From assembly GCA_030324005.1 (NCBI GenBank), contig JARDVH010000115.1, forward strand, positions 15,388,675-15,452,674: 64,000 nt of DNA, in the 5' to 3' direction. A program made the translations under genes and the position numbers. The number at the start of each line of letters is the position of its first letter. Position 1 is the first letter of the stretch. The notes under the pieces were generated by a model. The model ran no database searches. It was not told the origin of the DNA and was given only the letters and a program-made list of their open reading frames with translations. Source of the stretch: Negaprion brevirostris. Its lineage: Eukaryota. Positions 1 to 11,959 of the stretch are shown in pieces.

Positions 1-318
1 ACTGTGTTATCATGATACCCACAGTTGCAAAGAAATAAAAGGTTACGGCAAACAGAGACTGATTTGTTCTGATAGCAAATAGTAATGGAAAGAAAAGTCT
101 CCTTTCCCTGGATGAATTTGCATCAAGCACCTTTCCTTTCTCTTTTTTTCCCCATGTAATTTGTGATTGCCACAATGCTAGCTGATAACCTTCATATTAA
201 CCATCACTTTTGGATTTTTTTGGTTGTTTTTGCAGCTGGGTAACCTTCTTGCTACTAACCTCCTCATTTATCCAGACTCGGGATCAGCACCCATCCATGT
301 TAACTTGATTTATTTAAG

Positions 319-623
319 TTTATGCATTTATTAGTGTCACAAGTAGGCTTACATTAATACTGTAATGAAGTTATTGTGAAAATTCCCTTGTCACCACATT
401 CTGGCACCTGTTCGGGTACACTGAGGGAGAATTTAGCATGGCCAATGCACCTACCAGCACACCTTTTGGACTGTGGGAGGAAACCGAAACATCCGGAGGA
501 TACCCATACAGACATGGGGAAAGTGTGCAGAGTTCACACAGACAATAACCCAAGCTGGGAATTAAATCCAGGTCCCTGGCGCTGTGAGACAGCAGTGCTA
601 ACCACTGTGCCACTGTGCCACCC
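319..623 (-). mobile_element. tRNA-derived V-SINE (HE1-like head/core), tail type B
   Basis: Reverse of GGTGGCACAGTGGTTAGCACTGCTG...TGTGTGAACTCTGCAC...core; tail TTTTCAC...GTAAGCCTACTTGTGACACTAATAAA. Confidence 0.9.
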
Positions 624-1089
624 ACACCACTGCTTACACCAGTAACTGGGATCTGACTTTTTGTTAAACATGATTCCCGCCTAAATGTTCTACAAACATA
701 GAGAAAAGTAATCGATATGATATAAAGCATGTTCTGTGGGGATTTGGTGCACACACTTCGAGTCCTCATGCTTGAAGTAGCAAATTTGTTCCTTCAGATG
801 ATTTAACAATTAGCTCCCTGAGACATTATGTGTTTTGGGTTCATTAATGGACAGAAGACATTTTGGTGCACCCGCGAGGATCCTTTGTTCTAATGGTTGT
901 GTCAATGAACAAAATTACTATGTACATTAGGTCAACAGTAGTTAAGTGCATTGATCAACTGGAGAAAGTTATTTTCTTTTTCTTGAAAGTTTGCAACTTT
1001 AGTACAGATGCAATAATCCCAATATGGAGTAAGTATCAATCCCCATGCCAAAGTTGGTCACTGATAGAAAGAAGAAAATAATTGTAGTT

Positions 1090-1865
1090 ATATAATGCTT
1101 CCACAAACAATGCTTTTGAAGCATAGTCACCTCCACCTTCTTCCATTGGGAATAAGTCTGAGATCACGTACCAAGCGACTCAAGAACAGCTTCTTCCCTG
1201 CTACCATCAGACTCTTGAATGGGCCTATCTTATGTTAAGTTGACCTTTCTCTACACATTAGCTATGACTGTAACACTACATTTTGCACCATCTCCTTTCC
1301 TGCTCTATGAATGGTATGCTTTGTCCGTATAGTGTGCAAGAATAAATACACGTGACAATAATAAATCAAATCAAATCAAATGTTATAAAGCAGGAAATGC
1401 AACAGCCAATTTCAACACAGCGAGATCCTGCAAACAGCACAATATTGATTGCCAATGGTGCAGGATCAGTCTCCATATGGACTGAGGTAGTTCTGAGAGC
1501 CCGTCCTTCCCACTTTCCCCAGCGTAGCAATCATGGCAAAAATGACGAGGGGTAGAACGGTGCGGAGAGCTATGATTCACAAGTCTCGGAAAACAGGGAC
1601 ACTCCACGAAGAGAGGGAGATTGATTGAAGGATAAGTATTCGCCAGGACACTAGGGAAAATCCCCGGCTCTTCTGTAAAGAGTGCCGTGTGATCCTTAAC
1701 ACCAACCTGAGTGTTGGAATAACATCTTGTCCAAAACTCTGATAGCAAACAAATCCCTCAGCATATCACTGAAATGTCAGCCCAGACTTAGTATTCAAAG
1801 TGTCTGGAGTAGGATTTAAACCCAATACTTCCAAAGTCAGAAGGGAGAGTGCGCCCACTGAGACT
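1090..1865 (-). mobile_element. Decayed DeuSINE (SacSINE1-like), interrupted by two insertions
   Basis: Motifs aggaaatgcaacagccaatt, gccaggacact...agtgccgtgtgatcctt...cctgag, cactgaaatgtcagcc and a tRNA-like head near 1800-1865. Confidence 0.7.
1131..1381 (+). mobile_element. Rex1/Babar-like LINE 3' fragment
   Basis: Encodes RTKRLKNSFFPATIRLLNG (typical Rex1/Babar ORF C-terminus); ends GTGACAATAATAAA(TCAAA)n. Confidence 0.8.
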
Positions 1866-2190
1866 GTTCAGAAGGGTATTGTTATATATTCTGTGATCCT
1901 ATAGAGAAAATTATGGAAATGGAGATGTTTCTGCATTTTTATGCAATGTTTTTATCACACCCTCTTTGCTCCAATACAGCAGTCACATTTATTATAAAAA
2001 TCACCAGACAACTTAGGAAATTGAAAATTATGCACACGACATTATTTCAGATGGGTCATGGTTGTTGGCTTTCTGTTGTTACAACTATCAAAATCATTTT
2101 ATTAAATCCATGATGATAAAATGAAAAATACATCTTTTAACCTTTACTAAATAATAGAAGGAAATTTATGTAGTGCTGTTCTATCACAAT

Positions 2191-2490
2191 ATGGTGGCGC
2201 ATTGGTTAGCTCTGTTGCCTCACAGTGTCAGGGACCCAGGTTCAATTCCAGCCTTGGGTCACTGTCTGTGTGGAGTTTGCACATTTCCACTGTGTCTGCA
2301 TGTGTTTCCTTCGGGTGCTCTGATTTCCTCCCACAATCCAAAGATGTAGAGGTTAGATGGATGAGCCATGCTGAATGAGTGATGTTACAGATAGGACGGG
2401 AGAGAGGGCCTGGGTACGATTTTCTATCAGAGAGTCAGTATGACACGATGGGCTGAATGACCTCTTCTGCACTGTAGGGGTCTATGATTT
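2191..2490 (+). mobile_element. HE1-like V-SINE with CR1-type tail (type A)
   Basis: A/B-box head, V core, tail gatgggctgaatgacctcttctgcactgtaggggtctatg. Confidence 0.88.
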
Positions 2491-3224
2491 TCCAACATAT
2501 GTATGGAAACTTTGATAAACAAGAAGGAGAATAGCAATAACAACCAAGGTCTGCACATGTGGATGGTTGGATAGTGTAGTCATGTCATATTAGTAAATGA
2601 ATATAATAATTAGGCAAGTGTTTAGAGACTGTAATGGATCAATTATATTCATCTGACATAAATGAAGTAATTAGAACATTGTATATCAATGACTACAGAA
2701 AAAATGTATATGTGTGATTGGTATATGCAAATTACTGGTAAGATAAGCAAAAGTATAATTGCTTATGCCAGTATCAGTCAATAATTTTGTGTGCCACTTT
2801 GGGGAAGGCAGACTTCCTTGCCATATCTTGAATAAATACCAATTTAAAAGTCCAAAAGCTTCGTCTGATCTCTCGAGGGGTACGAAGTACAAGTTTGCTG
2901 GATAACGGTGAAGTTCCCTAACAGTACATATATATAAGATATATAGTCTTTTGGTAGCACAGAACTTGAGTATTGCTGAAAAAAGACCTGTTATTGAAGC
3001 TTTTTGACTAGCACTCATCAGGACAATTCACAAGAATACCAAATATAGAGGAAATGCATGAGAAGTGAATGCAGGTTGGTTGGCAAATGGACTCTGGTTG
3101 GTAGAGGCATTGTCATGGTGTTGCCAAATTGTTGTTTCTTTGTTTTCCCTCACCTGGGAGCTATATTAAAATTGTCTAATAAGTGAGCAATGCACGTCCA
3201 TTCCCATCACTATTCTTCCTCAGC

Positions 3225-3414
3225 TTGCTCCGGTTTCTTCCCACACTTCAAAAATGTGCAGGTTAGGATGATTGGCCATGCTAAATTGCCCTTTAGTGTC
3301 AAGGGACTAGTAGGTTTAATATGTGTGGTACATGAACAGGGCTTGGGTGGGATTGTTGTCTGTGCAGGCTCAATGGGCTGAACAGCCTCCTTCTGCACTG
3401 TAGGGATTCTATGA
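3225..3414 (+). mobile_element. 5'-truncated HE1-like V-SINE, tail A
   Basis: tgctccggtttcttcccaca...ggccatgctaaattgccc...ctccttctgcactgtagggattctatg. Confidence 0.88.
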
Positions 3415-4664
3415 TAAATCAATGGAGGCCCAGCCTAAAAAAGAATTGACACTACGCCACAGAGACAAAGACTAGGGGACTCAATGGCACACTGCATTGT
3501 GTTGGCATCTGTGGGAGCTCAATTAAAAAGTAGCTCAGCCAGATAGGATGCAGGTCCTGCATTTCTAACAACCATCACTAGGATCTGGCTGTCTCAGACC
3601 ATTACAGAGTGCTGCAGACTTATTGCCAAAGCACTTGGCAGAAGCGTGCTTATTTTCTGTCAGATACTGGAAATACATCACACTACTCTGCATTCTTGGT
3701 CTCTTTGTGAGGGGGAAAGACACTTCTTCTAAGCTTCGAACTGTTGGACAATTCCGAAGGTAGATTTGATGTTGTAATTAACTGAAGTCAGACCTGGTTG
3801 GTACATGTGCACAGTGCAATCACTGGATGCAAACTGCGAGAATGTGCCACCTCACACCCCTATTTTTAGTGAATACACGCACGCACAGAAATAAAAACAA
3901 TCTTCTGGAATAAACAATATTATTTCATGTAAACTAATGTCTGAAATGCCCTCTTCAAACTGACCTTCAGAAGTCATTTGCTGCGCATCATATCAAGCCC
4001 CCCAGTCTGTCCTTCTTGAGCCCATTAATCCTCTCTGTACTTAATTTCCTCTACAGCTTTCAAAGTATGCACATCTTCGATCACCTAAGGACCGCTGGAT
4101 GGATTTCCTTTTGCATTTGCTACTGCTGAATTTTGTAAAGAGGGTCAGCAAAGACACAAGGCAATGGGTATGTTTTTATTCATTCACAATTTACGTTCTG
4201 AATTCACCAAAAAATTGTAAACAATTTTATTTGTTTTTCAGCCGTGGAAACGATCCTGCGGTTTTCAAAAGGTTAAACCCTCGCCTCACATATGCTTTGC
4301 GAATGACACATACTTGTGTTTCTTATCTGCTATTTCAAACGGGAATCAGTAAGTTCCCCTGGGGTCCGAGAGCATCAATCCAGAGCTCATCCATCCTTTT
4401 GCTCGCATCCGAACCTGAATTTAGTTCTCTCAAAATGCACATTTTCTGAGCAACAAAAGGATCAATCCAACCACTCCTCAAAATCTCCAACCCTACAATA
4501 AAATCACTGCTGCAAAATATTAGTCAACAATTTTTGCTTATTCTATATTTGCTCTGATATTCTGCCATTATTGTTAGTTTTTATAATGTAACTTAAAACA
4601 TTCAGCATTCAAATTGATAAGAGTTTTTGGTGCAGTATGTATGATATGATATTTTCCCACTACT

Positions 4665-4970
4665 GGGCGGCACAGTGGCACAACGGTTAGCATTGCTGCC
4701 GCAAAGCACCAGGGACCGGGTTCGATTCCCAGCTTGGTGACAGTCTGTGCAGAATCTGCATGCTTTTCCCATGTCTATGTGGATTTCCTCCAGATTCTCC
4801 AGTTTCCTCCTACAAGTCCAAAAGACATGCTGGTTAGGTGCATTAGCCATGCTAAATTCTCCCTCAGAGTACCCAAACAAGTTCTGGAGCATGGCGATTA
4901 GGAGATTTTCACAGTAACTTCATTACAGTGTTAATGTAAGCCTACTTGTGACACAATTAAATAAACAAAA
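4665..4970 (+). mobile_element. V-SINE, tail type B
   Basis: gggcggcacagtggcacaacggttagc...ggttcgattcc...ttttcacagtaacttcattacagtgttaatgtaagcctacttgtgacac. Confidence 0.9.
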
Positions 4971-5128
4971 ACTGTGTATGAATGTATAGGGGCACATTTA
5001 CCTGCCCAGTGTTCATTTGGGCACTGTGCAAGGAAAATAAAAGCACTTCTAAGGGATTTATAATTGTGCTGGAAAACATTATAAGTAAGGCATAGTTTTA
5101 AGCAGGTTTAATTTAATACTTCTGAGCC

Positions 5129-5975
5129 TGTTGTTAGATTCATGCTAGACAAAGGTTGTGACTCTAATTTAACTGTGATTCTGTTATGCTTAGAGAGAGC
5201 TACAGTGTGAAGAGTAAATGAACCAGTAGGGGTTGCTAAGCAACTGGGGGCTTGTGGAGTAGAAAAAATTTTAAGTTTTAAGTTTGTTGAATTTGTTGGC
5301 AACGGGAGTCAGGACACTGGAAAGTGAAACTCTCTCAACTCTGTCAGGAGAAACTGGAAAGGAGAAGAGAATAGCGAAGATGCAAGCTTCCTAAGGAACA
5401 AGTTACAGTCCAGATAATTAGGGAATTGGGACGGAAAGAATTTCTTAAGACAACGGGAGTTAAGGGAACAGACATCAAGGTATTTATCAAAAGAATTCAA
5501 GGAGGAATAAACGTTGTGTCTTGAGTTAAAGAGACACTTGCAGTAACCAGATTTAAAGTAGGGCAGCAGACTTCAATGGTAAATGAAATATTCAATACCA
5601 TTTTAATAAGAGTCTGGGAATTGAGAATTAAAGCAATTGTGAACAATTTGCACAGTGATCAAGACAAAGAACTCCTAAAGGGGTTGGTGTAAAATGCAGG
5701 ACTGGATTCATTGTTGAAAGTAGAGTGTCATTTGAAAAACCTGGTGTGGATTTCAGAATGCAAACAGCAAAGAGCATTATTGTGAACAACAATTTTGAAG
5801 CGTGTTTTTGGGAGTGGGGAGTTTGGAAACACTCATGTAACAATCATCTGGGGGATTCTGAAGAGAAACCCAGAGACGCCAGCTTTGATTCAGAGTGGAG
5901 TATATGCATTTGACCACAGCCAATCTGTGTGCTTAAAGGGACTTTGTGTTGAGGAGACCATTGTAGCTTAAGGCT
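5129..5975. mobile_element. Possible LTR-like remnant
   Basis: Purine-rich non-coding block beginning tgttgttaga; composition resembles shark solo LTRs; no TSD or partner LTR confirmed. Confidence 0.3.
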
Positions 5976-6724
5976 ATGCTAAACTGCCCAATCCCCAGAA
6001 CGCCGCATATTTACTTTACTCCAGCTCACCTACACATCTTTTGATACTAAGTGCCACCGTGCCACTATGTGCACACATCTTGCTCAAGTGTGCAAGTGCT
6101 ATCCTCCTGCCATCTGGCAGCATACCGCACATGTTAACTGTGACTGGGCACGTGGAAGAATCGATAGATGGTTTTGCCTGTTTTGCATAACTTCATCCTC
6201 CATCACAGCCACAACACGTATGTATTTTAATCATGGAGTTGTGCTTTCTTTCAAAAGATAATTGTTGCGCAACATTGCCTCCCTCTGCGCTGTATAATGT
6301 ATGCTATATCCATTGTAGACCTGACTCAAGGTATATGTTAAGAAAAATTTGTGTTGGAAACACCATCATATGGGAAATGTGATTATTTTCTGCTGGGTAG
6401 CAGAAAATATTTGAGTTAATGACCTGAGGTTCCCAACCTCTAAAGCAGAAAAGAAACCGGCACAGACATGATGGGCCAAAGGGCCTCTTTCTGTGTTGTA
6501 AGATTCTAAAGGTCTATGACAGGAAAACCAGCGTCAAGTAAAAAAGGGCACATCTTTGAGAAGGTTAAGGACTATGGTTTCTTTAACAGTTTGACGCTAT
6601 TAAGAATAAATTCATAACTAGTTAACCAAAGCAGTGAAAATGTTATTGGGCTTTACAGAAAGCTACGGAAATCACACACAGAGGATGACCAACTAATGCT
6701 CCTCATACATGTTGCTGAAGAAAA

Positions 6725-7066
6725 CATGAAACATAGAAGGTAGGAGCAGGAGGAGGCCATTTGGCCCTTCAAGCCTGCCCTGTCATTCATTATGATCATG
6801 GCTGGTCATCCAACTCAATAGCCTAATCCTCCTTTCTCCCCTTAACCTTTGATCCCATTCACCCCAAGTGCTATATCCAGTTGCCTCTTGAATACATTCA
6901 ATGTTTTGACATCAACTAATTCCTGTGGGACTGAATTCCACAGGCTCACCACTCTCTGGGTGAAGAAATGTCTCCTCACCTCCATCCTAAATGACCAACC
7001 CTGAATCCTCAGACTGTGATCCCTGGTTCTAGACTCCCTCATCATCGGGAACCACCCTCCCTGCAT
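6725..7066 (-). mobile_element. CR1 (HER1-like) LINE 3' fragment
   Basis: ORF piece SRTRDHSLRI...RRHFFTQRVVSLWNSVP plus CR1 3' tail ctcctgctcctacc. Confidence 0.92.
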
Positions 7067-7102
7067 GTTATGAGAATGTTATAAATCTTTATGAGATCTC
7101 AC

Positions 7103-7297
7103 TGTGGCACAATGGTTAACATTGCTGCCTCACAGGGCAGGGATCCTGGTTTGAATCCCAGCTTGGGTCACTGTCTGTGTGGAGTTTGCAGGTTCCCCCT
7201 GTATCTGTGTGGGTTTTCTATGGGTGCTCTGGTTTCCTCCCACACTCCAAAAATGTGCAGGTTAGGTGAATTGGCCATGCTAAGTTGCCTCATAGTG
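7103..7297 (+). mobile_element. V-SINE cut by an assembly gap
   Basis: Head and V core up to ggccatgctaagttgcc. Confidence 0.88.
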
Positions 7298-7397
7298 NNN
7301 NNNNNNNNNNNNNNNNNNNNNNNNNNNNNNNNNNNNNNNNNNNNNNNNNNNNNNNNNNNNNNNNNNNNNNNNNNNNNNNNNNNNNNNNNNNNNNNNN

Positions 7398-7545
7398 TGG
7401 CCCCTGGTTCTGGACTCCCTCACCATTGGGAACATCCTCCCTGCATCTACTCTGTCTAGTCCTGTTAGAGTTTTATTGAGATCCCTCCTCATTCATCTGA
7501 ACTCCAGCGAAAACAATCCTAACCTAGTCAATCTCTCCTCATACA
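7398..7545 (-). mobile_element. CR1 LINE fragment
   Basis: MRRDLNKTLTGLDRVDAGRMFPMVRESRTRG. Confidence 0.88.
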
Positions 7546-8256
7546 TTAGGGCCATTTTATTAACACTTGGGGGAGGCAGAACAATTATCAGCTATGGTTT
7601 TGGATGTACTGCAGTGAATATCAATTTCTTTGCATAAAAGGGAAAACGCTACCTGTGCCGACACTAACAGATTTTCCCAAAAATCCCAAAACTGATACTG
7701 AACATTTGGTGTGACGTTTTGGGTGCGACACTTAACCTTTCCTTGTCCCTTTCAGCAGAGTTCGAATAAAGTTCAACTTCTTTCCAACAGATGTTCCCCT
7801 CAAGTTAAAAAGCACAATGTTTGGGAGAGATGATAAAAAATGTGAAACAGGGAAGTACTCACTTTGCATTGACATTATAACAATGCCTTGATGAAATTAA
7901 TAATATTAAATACCAGAGGATAACATTGCTTCTCTCTTATTTACTTGTGAGGGAGGAATAAAAGCCTTTGCTTTGGCAGCACAAGTATAATCTAGTTTCT
8001 CCAATGATTTACTAAGTTTATTCAGTGGGAAATTGATATCTTGGGACCAGTAAATGTAGCTAATCTCCACTGAGGTGGGAGCAAGTGCAGTTGGCATTGG
8101 TAACTCCCGGTTATTACAAGATAAATCAACCACAGCTGATTACTGTGCCATAACCCCTGCTATATGTGCAGACATGGGGTGATACGAGTGTCAGTCTCAA
8201 CTCTGTTGCCCATGCCCGTGGGTCATACAGTCCTGAGTCAAGACCAGGTCCAGGCA

Positions 8257-8392
8257 GAATTGGCCATGCTTAATTGATCCTTAGTGTCAGGGCAACTAGC
8301 TGGGATAAATGCATGGGGTTATGGTTGGATTGAGGTTGATGCACTCTCAATGGGCTAAATCTACTCCTCCTTCTGCACTGTAGGATTCTATT
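8257..8392 (+). mobile_element. V-SINE 3' half, tail A
   Basis: aattggccatgct...ctccttctgcactgtaggattcta. Confidence 0.8.
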
Positions 8393-8404
8393 TTCATGAA
8401 TAAT

Positions 8405-8541
8405 GGGGCTGGATTTTCCGACCTTGCCCACATCTGGGATTCTCCTGGCCCGCTGCAGTGAATGGGGATTTGGATGAGCACCAAATTCTCCAGCCTCGCT
8501 GGCAGCAGCAGTGGGGAATGAACGGCTGGAGAATTCTAGCC
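8405..8541. mobile_element. Short MITE-like element
   Basis: Imperfect terminal inverted repeats ggctggattttcc / ggagaattctagcc; interior related to 17667-17780. Confidence 0.6.
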
Positions 8542-8789
8542 ATAATCATTTCGCAAAGGTTCCATTCGCTACTGGAGATCAAGCGGTCACATGACGAAGC
8601 GACTACTTAAAGAACATGTGAAGGGAGTGTGGACGTTCTCCCCAGAGCACAGGCAGAGTACAAGCATGTACAGCTACCTCAACTAGCAAATAAACTATTA
8701 TTGCGCTAAGTCCTTGGTCGCCAGTGACTGGAAGAGAACACTTCTACAGCTATTCTCCTTAGACTTGAGTTCATCCACAACTTTGCTGC

Positions 8790-9170
8790 CTGCATCTAAA
8801 CTCATACCAAGAAGTTCCATTCCCCCATCACCTCTCTGCTCGCTGACACACATTGTCTTGCAGTCCCATAACCCATTTCTGTTTTTAAAATCCCTCCATG
8901 GCCTCATCCCTCCCTTTCTATGTAATCTCCAGCCTGATAATCCTTTGAAATCTCAATGCTCCTTCAATTCTTGGCTTCTTCTGCATTGCTGTTAACCACC
9001 ATGGTCCCAATCTCTGTAAATCCCTTCACTGAACTTGATGATCTCTCGCCTCCTTTCTGATGCTTCTTCAGACATGAATGCTTTGCCTAAGTTTCTTGGA
9101 TGCCTCTTCTAATATCGCAGATAGACTGGTGTCCCGTTTTATTTGATAGCAACCCATGAAACGTCTTTTA
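8790..9170 (+). mobile_element. Decayed L2-like LINE 3' region
   Basis: cccatcacctctctgctcgctgac...tttaaaatccctccatggcctc typical of an L2 ORF2 end. Confidence 0.65.
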
Positions 9171-9182
9171 AGTTCAAGGGGC

Positions 9183-9497
9183 ATAGAATGCAGAAGGAAG
9201 CCAGTTGGCCCATTGAGTCTGCATCAACCACAATCCCACCCAGGCCACTATCACCATAACATCACGTACTTACCCTAGCTAGTCCCCTTGACACTAAGGG
9301 GCAATTTAGCATCACCAATCCACCGAACCCATACATCTTAGTGTTGTGGGAGGAAACCAAAACACCTGGAGGAAACTCACGCAAGACACGGGGAGAATGT
9401 GCAAACTCCACACAGACAGTGACCCAAGCTGGGAATTGAACCCGGGTCCCTGGCTCTGTGAGGCAGCAGTGTTAACTGCTGTGCCACTGTGCCACCC
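9183..9497 (-). mobile_element. Full-length HE1-like V-SINE, tail A
   Basis: Reverse-strand head, core and CR1-type tail. Confidence 0.9.
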
Positions 9498-10775
9498 CAG
9501 ATGAGAATTGTTGTTGAAGAAGTGGACAACAGCCAGCACTTCTGGGGACCCAACTTGAGTCAGAAAATGGGAGGGGTATGCCGGAATAAAATGACAGGAA
9601 AATAAAGATACGTTTCCATTAAAAAGATAAATTGTGCCATTTTGCGGCTTGGTTGGGGGTGATGGATGGATGAGCTTTCCGACAATACATGATAAATTTC
9701 AGTCACAAAATAGTGAGTGATTCTCCACGTTTATACCAAGTGAAAGAAGTAATGACCAAAATAATTAGTTTGCATAATATAATCAGATGTTTTTAATTGC
9801 AAACTTCAATTGTTAAATTACTGTTTCAATAAAATGGATCAGAATGTGACGTGGTTGAAGGTACGGCTGAAATTATGATCATGGGAATTACCCTGTACGA
9901 CCTTAAAAAAAAAATCAGTCTGTGCAGGCCAACGTAGAAGGGATACTACGTACTTAATAGCTGTTTCTTGAATAAACTGGAAAAAAATTGAGCCTGTCAT
10001 TTTTGGACATGCTCTCGAAATGTTCACACAGTCCCCGGAGGATTTAATTATTGCATCTTCTCAGTCAGTCCAATTCGATTGAACCAAAAAGGTCATTCAG
10101 CAGAGTCCATTTCTGTTAGAGTAAAGAGTGACTGAACCTTGGCACTCCATTTATCCTCCACTCTCTGCCATCAAGAGATAAAACAATATAAAGTGATGTA
10201 CCTGACAAGAGAGAGAGCCTGGATTCCGCCTTATGAGAACGTAGTCAATGCTATCAGACTCAAGGTCACATCATTTTTCACCCTGCTTTCGAACTGCACT
10301 ATCAAGATGTAATTTCATCAATATTCTTCCCAGTAAATTATCTGTCGACAGAACACTACATAACTGCTTTTTCAAGTCTTCAATCTAGCCAAATGGTTCG
10401 TGCACAACACATGGCTAGACTTGTGACAGGGTAAAAAAGAGAGGGTTCAGTCAACATGTCATTCATGCAATAATAAATGAGAATGCATGGTTGATAAGCG
10501 TGCATTCAATCAATAAAAAAAAATTCTATTAAACCATCCTCAGTATAATCAGAGCTACACAGGGCTAGTGGGTCCAGGAAGTGTTTTTCTCTTATGCCTG
10601 GACCTCTGGCAACGTAATATTTAATAGACCAGTTAAAAAACACACAGGAGGTAAACTATTCTGCTGCAGTACCTAGCTTGTACCAGTGGAGAAGATAACA
10701 ATCTACTGCCTAATGCTGACTGAATAGATACATCACGTTTATTATGAGCTAACGTATGGGAGTATATTGCACATT

Positions 10776-11103
10776 GGCATAGTGGCACAGTGCCAGGGAC
10801 ACCCACCACAGTGCCAGGGACCCAGATTCAATTCTGGCCTCGAGTCACTGTCTGTGTGGAGTTTGCACTTTCTCTCCGTGTCTACGTAGGTTACTGCTGG
10901 GTACTCCTCTGGGTTTCCCTCCACAGTCCAAAAATGTGTGGGTTAGATTGATCGGCCATGGTAAATTGACCCCCCGTGTCAGGGGGATTAGCAGGGTAAA
11001 TGTGCGGGGTTATGGGAATAGGGCCTTGGTAAGATTGTGGGCGGTACAGACTCGATGGGCTGAATGGCTTCCTTCTGTGCCGTAGGGATTTTATAATTCT
11101 ATA
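10776..11103 (+). mobile_element. HE1-like V-SINE, tail A, rearranged head
   Basis: cacagtgccagggac duplicated in the head; intact core and tail. Confidence 0.9.
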
Positions 11104-11577
11104 ATTTGGCCTCTCGAGCCTGGTCCACATTCAACGACATCACGATTGAACTGCTTGTGGTGGAGGTCTTATGGCATATTGAGGAGCAACCCTGCCTCTG
11201 AACCAGAAGCTCCGTGTTCAAGCCCCACCCTAGTATTGGATGGCCAAGGAAGGTCATTCATAATGTGGCCGAATAGATTGAATGTCAACCTGCAANNNNN
11301 NNNNNNNNNNNNNNNNNNNNNNNNNNNNNNNNNNNNNNNNNNNNNNNNNNNNNNNNNNNNNNNNNNNNNNNNNNNNNNNNNNNNNNNNNNNNNNNNNNNN
11401 NNNNNNNNNNNNNNNNNNNNNNNNNNNNNNNNNNNNNNNNNNNNNNNNNNNNNNNNNNNNNNNNNNNNNNNNNNNNNNNNNNNNNNNNNNNNNNNNNNNN
11501 NNNNNNNNNNNNNNNNNNNNNNNNNNNNNNNNNNNNNNNNNNNNNNNNNNNNNNNNNNNNNNNNNNNNNNNNNNNNN

Positions 11578-11687
11578 TTTCTGCTGAGCACCAAGAAAGA
11601 TCTCCTTAAAGATCCTCCACTGTTCCTCAGCAGACCTACTTTCCAACGCGCTCCCCCAGTCAACATTCGCCAATTCTTCTCTCATCC
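11578..11687 (-). mobile_element. CR1 ORF2 internal fragment
   Basis: MREELANVDWGSALESRSAEEQWRIFKEIFLGAQQK, the region between endonuclease and RT. Confidence 0.85.
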
Positions 11688-11959
11688 TAGGAGGCCATTC
11701 GGCCTATCGAGTTTGCACCGACCACAATCCCACCCAAGAACCACTCCCGTTACCCCACCTGATACTAGGGAGCAATTTAGTATAGCCAATCAACCGAACC
11801 CACACTTCCTTGAACAGTGGGAAGAAATAGGAGCTCCCGAAGGAAACCCATGCAGGCAATGCGCAAACTCCACACAGACCGTGACTGAAAACTGGAATCG
11901 AATCTGGGTCCCTGGCGTTATGAGGCAACAGTACTAACAGAGTGCTGCTGTGCCACCCC
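11688..11959 (-). mobile_element. HE1-like V-SINE, tail A
   Basis: Reverse-strand head/core/tail. Confidence 0.88.

Noticed and set aside
4665-4745. tRNA-like sequences with A and B boxes (also at other SINE heads)
   Set aside because: Each continues directly into a SINE body; not tRNA genes
7021-7446. Similar 45-bp CR1 segment at 7021-7066 and 7401-7446
   Set aside because: High-copy CR1 sequence next to a gap; may be independent copies or a scaffolding join
11146-11937. 263-aa ORF and other X-rich ORFs in the track
   Set aside because: Artefacts of translating through N gaps
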